A stretch of 64,000 bases of DNA from Thermoplasmata archaeon (GCA_050013595.1 JBEKEY010000001.1:10044-74043); one strand, 5' to 3'; counted from the stretch's first letter, positions 36,444 to 45,836 are shown. Program-made: numbers and translations. The notes: a model not told the origin generated them from the letters alone.

Positions 36444-38081
36444 TCAGGGCAAATAGTCGCGCGGAAGCGTCCGAAGCTCCTTGAACGTCTCCGTCGCGAT
36501 CGCGACGAACTTCTCGACGTCCTTCTCCGTGTGGGCGCTCGAGAACGTCAGTCGCTCGTAGTTGTCGGGATGGATGTAGACGCCCTTGTCGAGCAGCAGC
36601 TGCTGGTGCCGGAGGTAGAGGTTCCAGTCGATCTGGAGCGATTCGCGGTAGTTCACGATCTTCTTGCGGCGCGTGAAGAAGAACTGGAGCATCCCGTTCA
36701 CCGACTGCACGAGCACCGAGATCTTCGCATCCCGTCCGGCCTCCTCGAGGCCCTTCTGGAGCTTCTCCGTCAGCCTCCCGAACCGCGCGTAGAGCTCCTC
36801 GCCTCCTCGGTGCAGGGTCTTCAGGTTCGCGAGCGTTCCGGCCATCGTCAGGTTGTTCGCGTTGTAGGTGCCGCCGAAGCTGATCCTCCCGGGGGCGATC
36901 ATCTCCATGATCTCCGCCTTCCCCGAGACCGCCGAGACGGGCACGCCGCCCCCGAGCGCCTTCGCCCAGCAGGAGATGTCGGGCTCGACGCCGTAGAGCT
37001 GCTGCGCCCCGCCCGGCGCGACCCGGAAGCCGGTGAACACCTCGTCGAAGATGACGAGCATGTCGTTCTGGTGAGCGACCTCGACCAAGCGCTTCAGGTA
37101 GTCCGGCGCCGGCGGGATGATGCCGGAGTTCGCCATGACCGGCTCCAGGATCACGCACGCCAGGCGCTCGCGGTACCGCCGGACCATCCGCTCGAACGCA
37201 GTGATCGAGTTGTACGGTGCGACCATGACGTAGTCGGTCACGCCCGGCGGGATCCCCGCGGAGTTCGGGAGCGGGCGGGGATACTCATCGAGCCCCGCGA
37301 CGACCGGGGGCGCTTCCGCGCTGATGAGCGCGATGTCGTGCTGCCCATGGTAGTGGCCCTCGAACTTCAGGATCGCGTCCTTACCCGTGACCGCGCGCGC
37401 GATCCGGATCGCGTTCATGGTCGCGTCCGAACCGCTGGTACAGAACGCGACCCGCTCCGCGTTCGGGACCATCTTCTGGAACAGCTTCGCGACCTCGACC
37501 TCGATCTCGCTCGGTGCGGCGAAGTGCAGCCCGAGCTCGGCCTGCTCCTGGATCGCCTTGATTTGGGCTTCGGGCGCGTGACCGTTGATGAGGACCCCGT
37601 ACGCGAGATTGAAGTCGAGGTACTCGTTGTCGTCCTCGTCCCAGATCCGGGCGCCCTTTCCCTTCTTGATGAACGGCGGACAGGGGTCGTAGGACGCCGT
37701 CCGGATGAGCGAACTCGACCCGTTCGGGATGTGCTTCTTCGCTTCCTCGAAGAGTTTCGCGCTCTTCTTGAGCTTGGGAACCAGCCGTGCGATCGGGATG
37801 GGTAGTGGCTGGATCTCCTCCTCGACGGAGGCGGCCGGGGGGGGAGCCTCCTTGGTGGCCGTCTCCTTCGCGACTTCCTTCGGGGAGTCCTTGGGCGACT
37901 CCTTCTTCTTCTCGTCCGAGGGCTCGCCGCCGGACGGGGCCGGGGTCGAGGGAGGAGGGATCGCCGAGCCTTCCGCGTTCAGTCGGGGAGGGAGGGAACG
38001 AACATCCGTCCGGCCGTCCGGTGAGGGGTCCCCCTCACGGGGCGGGATAGGCAACAATGGGGCGGGTTCCAGCTCCGCCAT
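36444..38081 (-). CDS. Class III aminotransferase, GSA-aminomutase-like (paralog 2), with a ~90-aa disordered N-terminal extension
   Basis: EYLDF, SGSDATM, KFEGHYHG, FDEVFTGFR, AKALGGG, GGTYNAN. Confidence 0.85.
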   Translation of the reverse strand: MAELEPAPLLPIPPREGDPSPDGRTDVRSLPPRLNAEGSAIPPPSTPAPSGGEPSDEKKKESPKDSPKEVAKETATKEAPPPAASVEEEIQPLPIPIARLVPKLKKSAKLFEEAKKHIPNGSSSLIRTASYDPCPPFIKKGKGARIWDEDDNEYLDFNLAYGVLINGHAPEAQIKAIQEQAELGLHFAAPSEIEVEVAKLFQKMVPNAERVAFCTSGSDATMNAIRIARAVTGKDAILKFEGHYHGQHDIALISAEAPPVVAGLDEYPRPLPNSAGIPPGVTDYVMVAPYNSITAFERMVRRYRERLACVILEPVMANSGIIPPAPDYLKRLVEVAHQNDMLVIFDEVFTGFRVAPGGAQQLYGVEPDISCWAKALGGGVPVSAVSGKAEIMEMIAPGRISFGGTYNANNLTMAGTLANLKTLHRGGEELYARFGRLTEKLQKGLEEAGRDAKISVLVQSVNGMLQFFFTRRKKIVNYRESLQIDWNLYLRHQQLLLDKGVYIHPDNYERLTFSSAHTEKDVEKFVAIATETFKELRTLPRDYLP

Positions 38082-38275
38082 AAACAGTGCATTCCGGGCG
38101 GTCGGACCACCCCGAGCGGGCTATATATAATTGGCTCAGCTCAAGAATGTGGAATACGACCAATGCGACGCAAAAGAAACAAACCTGTAAGTTATCTTTG
38201 GCGCGCTCAACCTGTGGATTTCGGCTTACGACACGGCAGAAACGACTCGGAAATGGTTAGAAATCGCTTCCCGGG

Positions 38276-39469
38276 TCACTTACCGGTGCGCACGGGCGGC
38301 AACGGCCCTTCGGGAGGCGTGATCGTCGTCTCGATCCCGCGTTTCGCGAGAGCGTCCCGGAACGCAGCGGCCGGCACGCAGCGCTCGGGCGGAACGACGC
38401 CGTGCGCACGGATCTTTCCCTGAGCGATCAGCTCGGCGCCGACGGCGCCCGCGACACCGACCGCGTACTCGGTCGCGGTGAGATGCCATTCGGGGCGAGG
38501 CGGGAACCGGGCGATCGCATGACGAACGACCGGCGAACCGTCCTTCGTCCCTCGGACCTCGATATCGCAGACCTCCCAGTCCACGACGTCGATCCCTTCG
38601 GGGCTGCCGAGGAGCTTTTCGCGTTTGAGCAGGGCCAACGTGAACTCACGGGGAGAAACCTTCTGCCCACGGACCTCGAGCGGTGCCTCGGACCCGAGTC
38701 CGAGGAGCGACATCGTTCGCAACACCTCGATGCCGGGTCCACCCTCCTTCCACTCACAATGCGTGAGTCCCTTCGAGCGAAGGCTCTCGGGAAGCGTGGC
38801 GGGCTCCGAATGGAGCGTCCGGTAGACCCGGGTCCGCCCGACGGGGGGTCCGAACTCGAACTCCTCGGCCCCGCTCATGGGAGGGTATTCCCGGTAGGCC
38901 CCGCCCTCGAAGACCTGCGCGGGTAGGATCATCTCGTCGAGGAAGGTGCTCGGGGACCACGTGAACGATATCTCGGGGCCACCGACCGTGAGGTCCCGCC
39001 AGCCGTCCCGGATGATGAGAGACTCGACCCGGTCGAGGTCCTCACACGCCTGCATCGCGAGAACGTTCGATATCCCCGGAACCTGTCCGAGGCCCGGAAT
39101 CGCCACCCGCTGCGCATCCCGGAACGCTTCGTCCATGCCGAGCTGGCGGCGCGTCATGTGGAAGAGTCCGCCGAAATCCAGGTACGGAACGCGCGCCTCG
39201 AGAGCGGCTTCCATCACCGCGAGGTTGAAGGTGTACTGGACCGCGTTCACGACCACGTCGGCGCCTCGGAGGAGGTTGACCACGGCGGCCTTGTTCCGAA
39301 CGTCGATCGTCGTCGCGCTGGCGCGCGAGCCGGCGGCTTTCGCTGCCGCCCCGGCGAGCTCGGCGTCAAGGTCGGCGGCGACCACGGAATCAAAGACTCC
39401 CCCGGTCGCCAGGTCCTTCACCGAACAACGCCCGGTCAAACCGCCGCCGCCCAGGACCACGGCTTTCAT
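38276..39469 (-). CDS. Saccharopine dehydrogenase-like NAD(P)-dependent oxidoreductase
   Basis: VLGGGG Rossmann motif, PYLDFGG, GLGQVPGISN, TWSP, HSEPATLP, GVVPPE. Confidence 0.8.
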   Translation of the reverse strand: MKAVVLGGGGLTGRCSVKDLATGGVFDSVVAADLDAELAGAAAKAAGSRASATTIDVRNKAAVVNLLRGADVVVNAVQYTFNLAVMEAALEARVPYLDFGGLFHMTRRQLGMDEAFRDAQRVAIPGLGQVPGISNVLAMQACEDLDRVESLIIRDGWRDLTVGGPEISFTWSPSTFLDEMILPAQVFEGGAYREYPPMSGAEEFEFGPPVGRTRVYRTLHSEPATLPESLRSKGLTHCEWKEGGPGIEVLRTMSLLGLGSEAPLEVRGQKVSPREFTLALLKREKLLGSPEGIDVVDWEVCDIEVRGTKDGSPVVRHAIARFPPRPEWHLTATEYAVGVAGAVGAELIAQGKIRAHGVVPPERCVPAAAFRDALAKRGIETTITPPEGPLPPVRTGK

Positions 39470-39529
39470 CGACCTCACCCTCCGAACGTGCCACCGAGCG
39501 GGCCGGGATATAGTAGCCTTCGGGTCGGT

Positions 39530-40180
39530 TCAGCTCCGCCGTCGCGCCGGGGCCCGGCGTCGGGGCGGGTCCGGGGCCGGCGTTGGAGCCGGAGGCGGGG
39601 TCGCCACCCCCGCGGCGGAGGCCGGGGCGGCCGCGTTCGCCGACGTGCGGGCGAGCAAGTCCCGAAACGTCTCAAAATGCTTCAGGAACGGGTCGGCCCG
39701 TCTCTGGTCTTCGAGCTCTCCCAGCGCGATCTCGAGCGTCGCCTTCGCCTTCGGGTCGCCGGTGGACGCACGGATCAGGTAGACGCAGAGCACCTGGTAG
39801 TGCGGAAGGACGAACGCGTCCGTGCGGGGTGTGCTCATGTCGCCTTTGCGGGGCCGGTAGATCCGCTCGACCGGGACCGCCTCGGCGACGACGCGCCGAT
39901 GTGAGAAGCCGAAGTAGTGCCCGGGGCCCAGGATCCGTGTGACCTCGCGGATGTTTCCGTTCAAGTTGTTCGTCAGGCGGTCGCACTCGTGCCAGCACCA
40001 AAGGCCGAAACCGTAGTCGCCTTCCTGGTACGCCTCCCAAGCCTGTTCGTAGAGCTTCCGCTCCCGTTCCTCCTGGGAGAGTTCGGGTTTGATCGCGGCC
40101 TTCCAGTCGGAGATCAGGAGGTCGGCCCTCATGGAAGGAGAGAACTCCTTCAGCGGAGGAACATCGGGCGTTGCGGGCAC
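39530..40180 (-). CDS. Hypothetical helical protein
   Basis: Clean ORF co-oriented between the amidohydrolase and the dehydrogenase; TPR-like helix near the N-terminus. Confidence 0.6.
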   Translation of the reverse strand: MPATPDVPPLKEFSPSMRADLLISDWKAAIKPELSQEERERKLYEQAWEAYQEGDYGFGLWCWHECDRLTNNLNGNIREVTRILGPGHYFGFSHRRVVAEAVPVERIYRPRKGDMSTPRTDAFVLPHYQVLCVYLIRASTGDPKAKATLEIALGELEDQRRADPFLKHFETFRDLLARTSANAAAPASAAGVATPPPAPTPAPDPPRRRAPARRRS

Positions 40181-40204
40181 GGTCCTCGCGAGACCGGCCG
40201 TGGA

Positions 40205-41782
40205 TTAACGACTTCCGTCCCGGGCCGAGACGCCGGCGTCGTAGATGCGTACCCCGCCCACCCAGGTCTCCCGGACCGCCGTCGCTCCCGCTCGGATCGC
40301 ATCTCCGAGACCCCGCGCCTCGACCACGATCAGGTCGGCCCGGTTTCCCACCTCGAGGGTCCCCAGCGTCGGCTCTCCGAGAGCTTCTCCCGCGTTGACC
40401 CCATACAGCCGAACCGCTTCCTCCACGGTGAGCGCCTCGCGCGGGTCCGGGTTCGCCGAGCGCCCCAGCTCATCCCGTCGCTCGGTCGCCGCCCGAAGAC
40501 CGCGCCAAGGGTCGGGGGGGTCGTACGGCGCATCGCTCGACCCCACGAGCCGATGTCCGAGGTCGGTGAGCGTTCGGAACGCGTAGGCCCATCGTCCGCG
40601 GTCGGCACCCAGTCGCTCGGGGAGCCAGGAGTCGCTCCAAACAAACCCTGGCTGGACGACCAGTGCGGGTCGAACACTCGCCAAGGTAGAGAGCACCGGT
40701 GGGGGCGTCAACCCGACGTGTTCGATGCGGGCACGGGCCCCCTCGCGTTGAACGTACGGCGACAGGAGGTGAGCCGCTCGCAGTACCGCACGGTCGCCGA
40801 TCGCGTGCAAGGCGGGAGCCAGCCCCAGTTCGTTCGCTTTCGCGAGCGCGCTCGTGAGCGTATCGTCGGACTCGACCGCGATCCCGCTTCGGTCCGGAGC
40901 GTCGGAATAGGGTTCGGAGAGCCACGCGGTCCGAGGACCGAACGCCCCATCCGTGAACCCCTTCGCTCCGATGACCCCGAACGAACCGGGCGGGCCGACC
41001 GGGGCAAGGTCGGCGGGTCGGATCTCATCGACCCCGAGAAGACGGACGTACAGGCGGATTCGTATCGGGAGCCGCTCGTCGGCCGTCAACGCTCGCAGCA
41101 GGGTGAGTTCCTCGGGTGGTACGTTCATCGACGCGACCGTCGTCAGCCCGAACGAAGCGAGAAAATCGAGGGTGCGGATCGCTTGGTCCGGCCCCACGGG
41201 CACGGCGGCGAGCGAAGCCGGCCATCGGAGCGCCTCCTCGTAGAGAATGCCGTTCGGTCTCCCGTCCGGGGTCCTCCCGACCCTTCCCCGGAGCTCCTCC
41301 GACGACCGCCCTTCGACTCCGGCCGCGGAAAGGGCGCTGCTGTTCAGCACGGCCGCGTGTCCACTCGTGTGGTAGAGCACGAGGGGGCGGTCGCTCACCA
41401 CCCGGTCAAGGTCGGTGCACCGCGGCCAGTGCCCCCCGAGAGAACGGTCGATGTCCAAGCCCCGACCGATGACCGGACCCGTCGGATGCGCCGCGGCCCA
41501 TTCCCGGATCCGCCGGTCGAGATCCTCCGGCCCGCGGACCTCGGCGAGGTTCAGGCCTTCACGGAACCGGGCGAGGTCGCTCAGATGCAGATGGGCGTCG
41601 ATGAGTCCGGGCAGTACCAACCGCCCACGGAGCGGAAGGACCTCGGTTCCCGTGGGGGCGACGCGGCGGACGTCCACCTCCGGCCCGACCGCAACGACCT
41701 CCCCCTGGTCGACCAGGACCGCCTCGACGTACCGGCATCCGGTGAAGACCCGGCCTCCTGTCCACATCCGTGCCTCGCTCAT
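40205..41782 (-). CDS. Amidohydrolase family 3 (YtcJ-like)
   Basis: PGLIDAHLH, GHAAVLNS, KGFTDGAFGPRTA, HAIGDRA, RIEH, SSDAP. Confidence 0.88.
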   Translation of the reverse strand: MSEARMWTGGRVFTGCRYVEAVLVDQGEVVAVGPEVDVRRVAPTGTEVLPLRGRLVLPGLIDAHLHLSDLARFREGLNLAEVRGPEDLDRRIREWAAAHPTGPVIGRGLDIDRSLGGHWPRCTDLDRVVSDRPLVLYHTSGHAAVLNSSALSAAGVEGRSSEELRGRVGRTPDGRPNGILYEEALRWPASLAAVPVGPDQAIRTLDFLASFGLTTVASMNVPPEELTLLRALTADERLPIRIRLYVRLLGVDEIRPADLAPVGPPGSFGVIGAKGFTDGAFGPRTAWLSEPYSDAPDRSGIAVESDDTLTSALAKANELGLAPALHAIGDRAVLRAAHLLSPYVQREGARARIEHVGLTPPPVLSTLASVRPALVVQPGFVWSDSWLPERLGADRGRWAYAFRTLTDLGHRLVGSSDAPYDPPDPWRGLRAATERRDELGRSANPDPREALTVEEAVRLYGVNAGEALGEPTLGTLEVGNRADLIVVEARGLGDAIRAGATAVRETWVGGVRIYDAGVSARDGSR

Positions 41783-41849
41783 TCGCCCCGTGTCGCCGGA
41801 GGAGCGAGAACGAGGATGAAAGGGTTGACCGCGGCAGGCCCCCGACCGG

Positions 41850-43313
41850 TCAGACGTCCATGTACCGGTAGAACTCGTACGGGTGGGGCCGCAGGTTGAG
41901 TTCGAGCTGTTCCTCGCGCTTCAGCTCGATGTACGTGTCGAGCAGCGATGAGGCGAACGCGGGCTTGAGGAAGTCGCGATCGGACTCGAGACAGTCGAGC
42001 GCTTCGCCGAGCGAGCCGGGCAGCTCGCGGATCTCGAGGTCCTTGCGCTTCGCCTTCGTCAGTTTGTAGATGTTTTCGTCGACGGGGGGAGGCGGCTCGA
42101 TCTTCCGTCGGATCCCGTCGAGGCCTGCGAGCGCCAGGGCGGCCTCGGTCAGGTAGATGTTCGCGGCGGAATCAGGGGTCCGGTACTCGAGTCGCTTCGC
42201 CGCCGGTCGCCCCTTGTGGTAGGCCGGGATCCGGACGTTCGCCGAGCGGTTCGCCTTGCTCCACGCGATGAAGACGGGGGCTTCGTAGCCGGGAACGAGG
42301 CGTCGGTACGAGTTCGTGATCGGGTTGGTGATGGCGCACATCGCCCGGGCATGCTCGAGGAGACCGCCGATGTAGTAGCGGCAGGTCTGGCTCACTTCGG
42401 CGTAGGCGTCGCTGGCATCGAAGAAGGCGGCCTTCCCTTTCGTCCAGAGCGACTGGTTCGTGTGCATCCCGATCCCGTTGTCGCCGTAGATCGGTTTCGG
42501 CATGAGACAGCCGATCTTTCCGTGCCGGGCCGCGACATTGCGGATGACGTAGCGCAGGTCCTGGATGTGGTCGGCCATCGGGACGAGCTCGTCGAAGCGC
42601 AGGTTGATCTCCGACTGGCTCGCGGTCGCGACCTCGTGATGGTGGGCGTCAAGGGTGAGGTGGAAGTCGTCGGCGAGGATGTTGCACATCTCCGTGCGCA
42701 ACGGCATCAGCGAGTCGTGCGGGGGGGTCCGGTGGTAGCCTTCTTTGAAGCGCACGGTGCCTGTGACCGGACCGCCCCGCCAGGGCGACTCCGAGTGGTC
42801 GATGAGGTAGCCGGCGCCTCCCCAGGCATCCCGGACCCCGGCTGGGGACGGGATGAGCTCGATCGAGTCGAAGACGAAGAACTCGACCTCGGGCCCCCAG
42901 TAGGAACAGTCGTATCCGGCGGCAGCGAGAACCTGCTCGGTCTTCCGCGCGACCCAGCGGGGGTCGTGGGCGTAGGACTCCTTCGAACCGCCGACCCGGA
43001 CATCGCAGATGAAACGGACCACGCCACCGGCCTCGGGATTCCACGGGATCGTGGCGAGCGTCGAGGGGTCGGGAACGAGGTTCATGTCGGATTCGAAGAT
43101 CTCCCGGAACCCTCGGACCGAGGACCCATCGAGCTTCGGAACTCCCGATTCGAAGGAGTCCTCGCTCAGCGTGAAGGTGGGAACGTCCACCTGAGTGTAA
43201 CCGCCGAAGACGTCGGTGTAGAACAGTTGGACCCACCGCACCTTGTCGTGCTTGAGCTTCTCCAGGATCGCCGCCGGACTGGACCCTTCCTTCTTCGCTC
43301 GTTGTGCGGGCAC
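41850..43313 (-). CDS. glnA: Glutamine synthetase type I
   Basis: DGSSVRGF, GPEVEFF, HHEVA, KPIYGDNGIGMH, NSYRRLVPGYEAP, NRSANVRIP, LEYRTPD; start GTG near 43313. Confidence 0.95.
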   Translation of the reverse strand: MPAQRAKKEGSSPAAILEKLKHDKVRWVQLFYTDVFGGYTQVDVPTFTLSEDSFESGVPKLDGSSVRGFREIFESDMNLVPDPSTLATIPWNPEAGGVVRFICDVRVGGSKESYAHDPRWVARKTEQVLAAAGYDCSYWGPEVEFFVFDSIELIPSPAGVRDAWGGAGYLIDHSESPWRGGPVTGTVRFKEGYHRTPPHDSLMPLRTEMCNILADDFHLTLDAHHHEVATASQSEINLRFDELVPMADHIQDLRYVIRNVAARHGKIGCLMPKPIYGDNGIGMHTNQSLWTKGKAAFFDASDAYAEVSQTCRYYIGGLLEHARAMCAITNPITNSYRRLVPGYEAPVFIAWSKANRSANVRIPAYHKGRPAAKRLEYRTPDSAANIYLTEAALALAGLDGIRRKIEPPPPVDENIYKLTKAKRKDLEIRELPGSLGEALDCLESDRDFLKPAFASSLLDTYIELKREEQLELNLRPHPYEFYRYMDV

Positions 43314-43369
43314 TCGCTTTCCTCGGACCACCGAACGAGGGACACTACATGAATACTCTTTCGCTGAAA

Positions 43370-43385
43370 ATGGACGTACGTCCAT
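43370..43385. promoter_or_regulatory. 16-bp palindrome between divergent glnA and lrp
   Basis: ATGGACGT|ACGTCCAT in an AT-rich spacer. Confidence 0.5.
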
Positions 43386-43430
43386 AATCGGTTGGCGTAG
43401 CTTTATTTCTAACCTCTTCCTTGAGAGAAC

Positions 43431-43922
43431 ATGCGCCAAACGTCCACATTGGACGAGCTCGACCGAGCTATCCTCGAGGAGCTCAACGTCGACGCGCGAC
43501 GCAGCCACCGCGAGATCGCCCACCGGTTGAAGGTCTCGCCGACGACCGTGAGCGCTCGGGTCGCTCGCCTCGAGGCCCAGGGAGTGATCCGGGGCTACAT
43601 CCCCCTCCTGGACGACGAGCAGTTGGGCTGGGAGTTGTGGGCCGCGATCGGAATCCGGATCTCGAAAGGACGGCTCCGGGAAGTGGAGGAGCGCTTGGCG
43701 CGGGACCCCCGCGCGTACGCGATCTACGACGTCACCGGCGAGAACGACGCCCTCCTCATCGGGCGGTTCCGGGATCGACGCGACCTGGACCGGTTCGTGA
43801 AGCATGCCCTCCAGGACCCGAACCTCGAGCGGACGAACACCCAGGTGGTCCTGAATCGGGTCAAGGAGGACCGGCGGGTCCCGGTCTCCCGGCGCGCGAC
43901 CGAGCGCGAGCCTCCGACCTAG
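43431..43922 (+). CDS. Lrp/AsnC family transcriptional regulator
   Basis: LDELDRAILEEL..DAR.S..EIA...VSPTTV..RV.RLE..GVIRGY, YDVTGEND. Confidence 0.92.
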   Translation: MRQTSTLDELDRAILEELNVDARRSHREIAHRLKVSPTTVSARVARLEAQGVIRGYIPLLDDEQLGWELWAAIGIRISKGRLREVEERLARDPRAYAIYDVTGENDALLIGRFRDRRDLDRFVKHALQDPNLERTNTQVVLNRVKEDRRVPVSRRATEREPPT

Positions 43923-44002
43923 CGCATGCGTCCGATCTTCGTACCCGGTCCCTCAGAAAATCCTAAGAGGGCACGACCCCCCATACGGGGCGGGTAACGA
44001 TC

Positions 44003-44824
44003 ATGGATTGGGGAATGGCGAACCGCATGCACCGGATGTTCTCGCCGGTGAGCGGAAACTCGGTGATGCTCGCGGTCGACCACGGCTACTTCATGGGTCC
44101 GACCCGCCACCTCGAAGACGCCCGCGCCACCATCACGCCGTTGCTACCGCACGCGGACGCGCTCGCACTGACGCGCGGCATCCTGCGCCATGCGGTCGAC
44201 CCGACCGCGACGATCCCGATCGTGCTGCGCGTCTCGGGCGGCGCCACGGTCCTCCAGGAGGACCTCTCGCACGAGGCGATCACGACCTCGATCGAAGACG
44301 CGGCCCGGCTCAACGTGAGCGCGGTCGCGATGAGCGTGTTCGTCGGCGCTCCCCACGAGCACGAATCCCTCGTGAACCTCTCGGACCTCGTCGACGAGGG
44401 GGAGGCGCACGGAATCCCGGTGCTTGCGATCACCGCTGTTGGAAAGGAGCTCGAGAAGCGCGACGCGCGCTATCTCGCGCTCGCGTGCCGCGTCTCCGCG
44501 GAGATCGGCGCCCACATGGTGAAGACGTACTATTGCGATGGATTCTCGAAGGTCGTGGAGGGCTGCCCCGTCCCCCTCGTGGTCGCGGGCGGGCCGAAGC
44601 TCGACAGCGACCGCGCGGCACTCGAGCTCGCCCGCAACGCGATCGACCAGGGAGCGCACGGGATCGACATGGGGCGGAACATCTGGCAGTCCGAGCACCC
44701 GGTCGCGATGCTGAAGGCGTTGCGCGCGATCGTCCACGAGAAGGCGACCGTGCCGGAAGCCCTCAACGTCCTCGAGGGTGCGAAGGCACGTCCGGCGACC
44801 TCGAAGTCGGCGGCCACGGCCTGA
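44003..44824 (+). CDS. lsrF: LsrF-like class I aldolase/thiolase
   Basis: MDWGMANR, LAVDHGYFMGP, RDARYLALACR, VKTYYC, AGGPK, DMGRNIWQ. Confidence 0.8.
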   Translation: MDWGMANRMHRMFSPVSGNSVMLAVDHGYFMGPTRHLEDARATITPLLPHADALALTRGILRHAVDPTATIPIVLRVSGGATVLQEDLSHEAITTSIEDAARLNVSAVAMSVFVGAPHEHESLVNLSDLVDEGEAHGIPVLAITAVGKELEKRDARYLALACRVSAEIGAHMVKTYYCDGFSKVVEGCPVPLVVAGGPKLDSDRAALELARNAIDQGAHGIDMGRNIWQSEHPVAMLKALRAIVHEKATVPEALNVLEGAKARPATSKSAATA

Positions 44825-44883
44825 GCTGCGAGCATGGCGTTCTCCTCGGAATCATCATAAGGCGGACCTTGCTCGGCCTGCCC

Positions 44884-44968
44884 GCGGGGATTGCCAAGCT
44901 TGGCCAAAGGCGCCAGATTCAGGGTCTGGTCCCGTAGGGGTTCGAGGGTTCAAATCCCTCTCCCCGCA
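44884..44968 (+). tRNA. tRNA-Leu(CAG)
   Basis: Acceptor GCGGGGA/TCCCCGC, anticodon arm CCAGA-TTCAGGG-TCTGG, variable arm CCC-GTA-GGG, T arm GAGGG-TTCAAAT-CCCTC. Confidence 0.95.
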
Positions 44969-45267
44969 TCGAACTTGTAGAGGAACCTATCGTCAAGAAG
45001 GCGGGGTAGTCGAACCGAGGGTTCCTAGTCGCGGTCTCCTTTAGCTGAGTCTTGCCCCTCCTGCTCCCCTTCGACGTCCGGCAGGGTACGATGAACCCAG
45101 ACCACGACGACGAGAAGGCACGGCCAGGAGAGGACCGCCAGGACAACGAGCAGGACCGCAGCGATCCCGGCTCAGCCGCGGATCCGGCCCAGAATCAAAT
45201 GACCGAACGACTCTCCTTATGAGTGACAATAACGATTAAAACCATCGATGTCATAGAATCCATCGAT

Positions 45268-45522
45268 ATGTCCACTGACGCCCTCACCACAATCCCCGTA
45301 CGCGCTTCTACGAGAGCAGAGCTTCAGCGCCTCAAATCCGGGGGTCAGAGCTACGATGAGGTGATTCGGGCGATTCTCGAAGAGCTCGAGGAGCAAGATC
45401 CGTGGTTTCAGGAGATGGAACAACGCCTCAAGGATATCCACTCCGGAAAGTCCAAGCTCGAACCCATTGAGTCGCTATACGCGAAATACCCGCCCTCGAG
45501 AGCTCGTCGGTCCTCACGATGA
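45268..45522 (+). CDS. Antitoxin (ribbon-helix-helix-like N-terminus)
   Basis: TTIPV...TRAELQRLK.GGQSYDEVIRAIL; acidic; ATGA overlap with the RelE gene. Confidence 0.75.
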   Translation: MSTDALTTIPVRASTRAELQRLKSGGQSYDEVIRAILEELEEQDPWFQEMEQRLKDIHSGKSKLEPIESLYAKYPPSRARRSSR

Positions 45523-45836
45523 GCCTTCGGGTCGTAGCCGGCCCGTCCTTCGAGGGAGATCTCGCAAAGCTCCCGCTTCGAGCCCGAACCGAAATGTGGC
45601 GGCTGATCGCAAGGCTCCGGGGGCGCCCGTTCGCCTCGGGGCTAGGCTACACCGTAAGCCAACTTAGACGTACTACTCGGGAGGGCGTTCGAGTCGCGCA
45701 CTTCCTAAGCGATCAGTATCGGCTCCTCTTCGAGGTCGACGGAGATCTTCTCATCTTGGTCGGCGTGGGGCCCAGACCTGGCTTCTACCGCCGCCTCGAC
45801 CGACTTCGAGGACGTGCGGTGGACCGGAAGCACTGA
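45519..45836 (+). CDS. relE: RelE/ParE family toxin
   Basis: FEGDLAKLP, QYRLLFEVD, VGVGPRPGFY; basic 105-aa protein. Confidence 0.78.
   Translation: MSLRVVAGPSFEGDLAKLPLRARTEMWRLIARLRGRPFASGLGYTVSQLRRTTREGVRVAHFLSDQYRLLFEVDGDLLILVGVGPRPGFYRRLDRLRGRAVDRKH

Noticed and set aside
38082..38275. AT-rich tract as replication origin or foreign DNA
   Set aside because: Explained by the TATATATA promoter of the minus-strand aminotransferase; no ORB repeats or cdc6
41850..43313. GS as PuuA-like gamma-glutamylputrescine synthetase
   Set aside because: Retains true GSI features (DGSS..GF..I.ESDM, GYEAP, NRS, NIY) despite the amine-catabolic context
43314..43805. 651-aa version of glnA
   Set aside because: The extension overlaps the divergent lrp gene and promoter on the opposite strand
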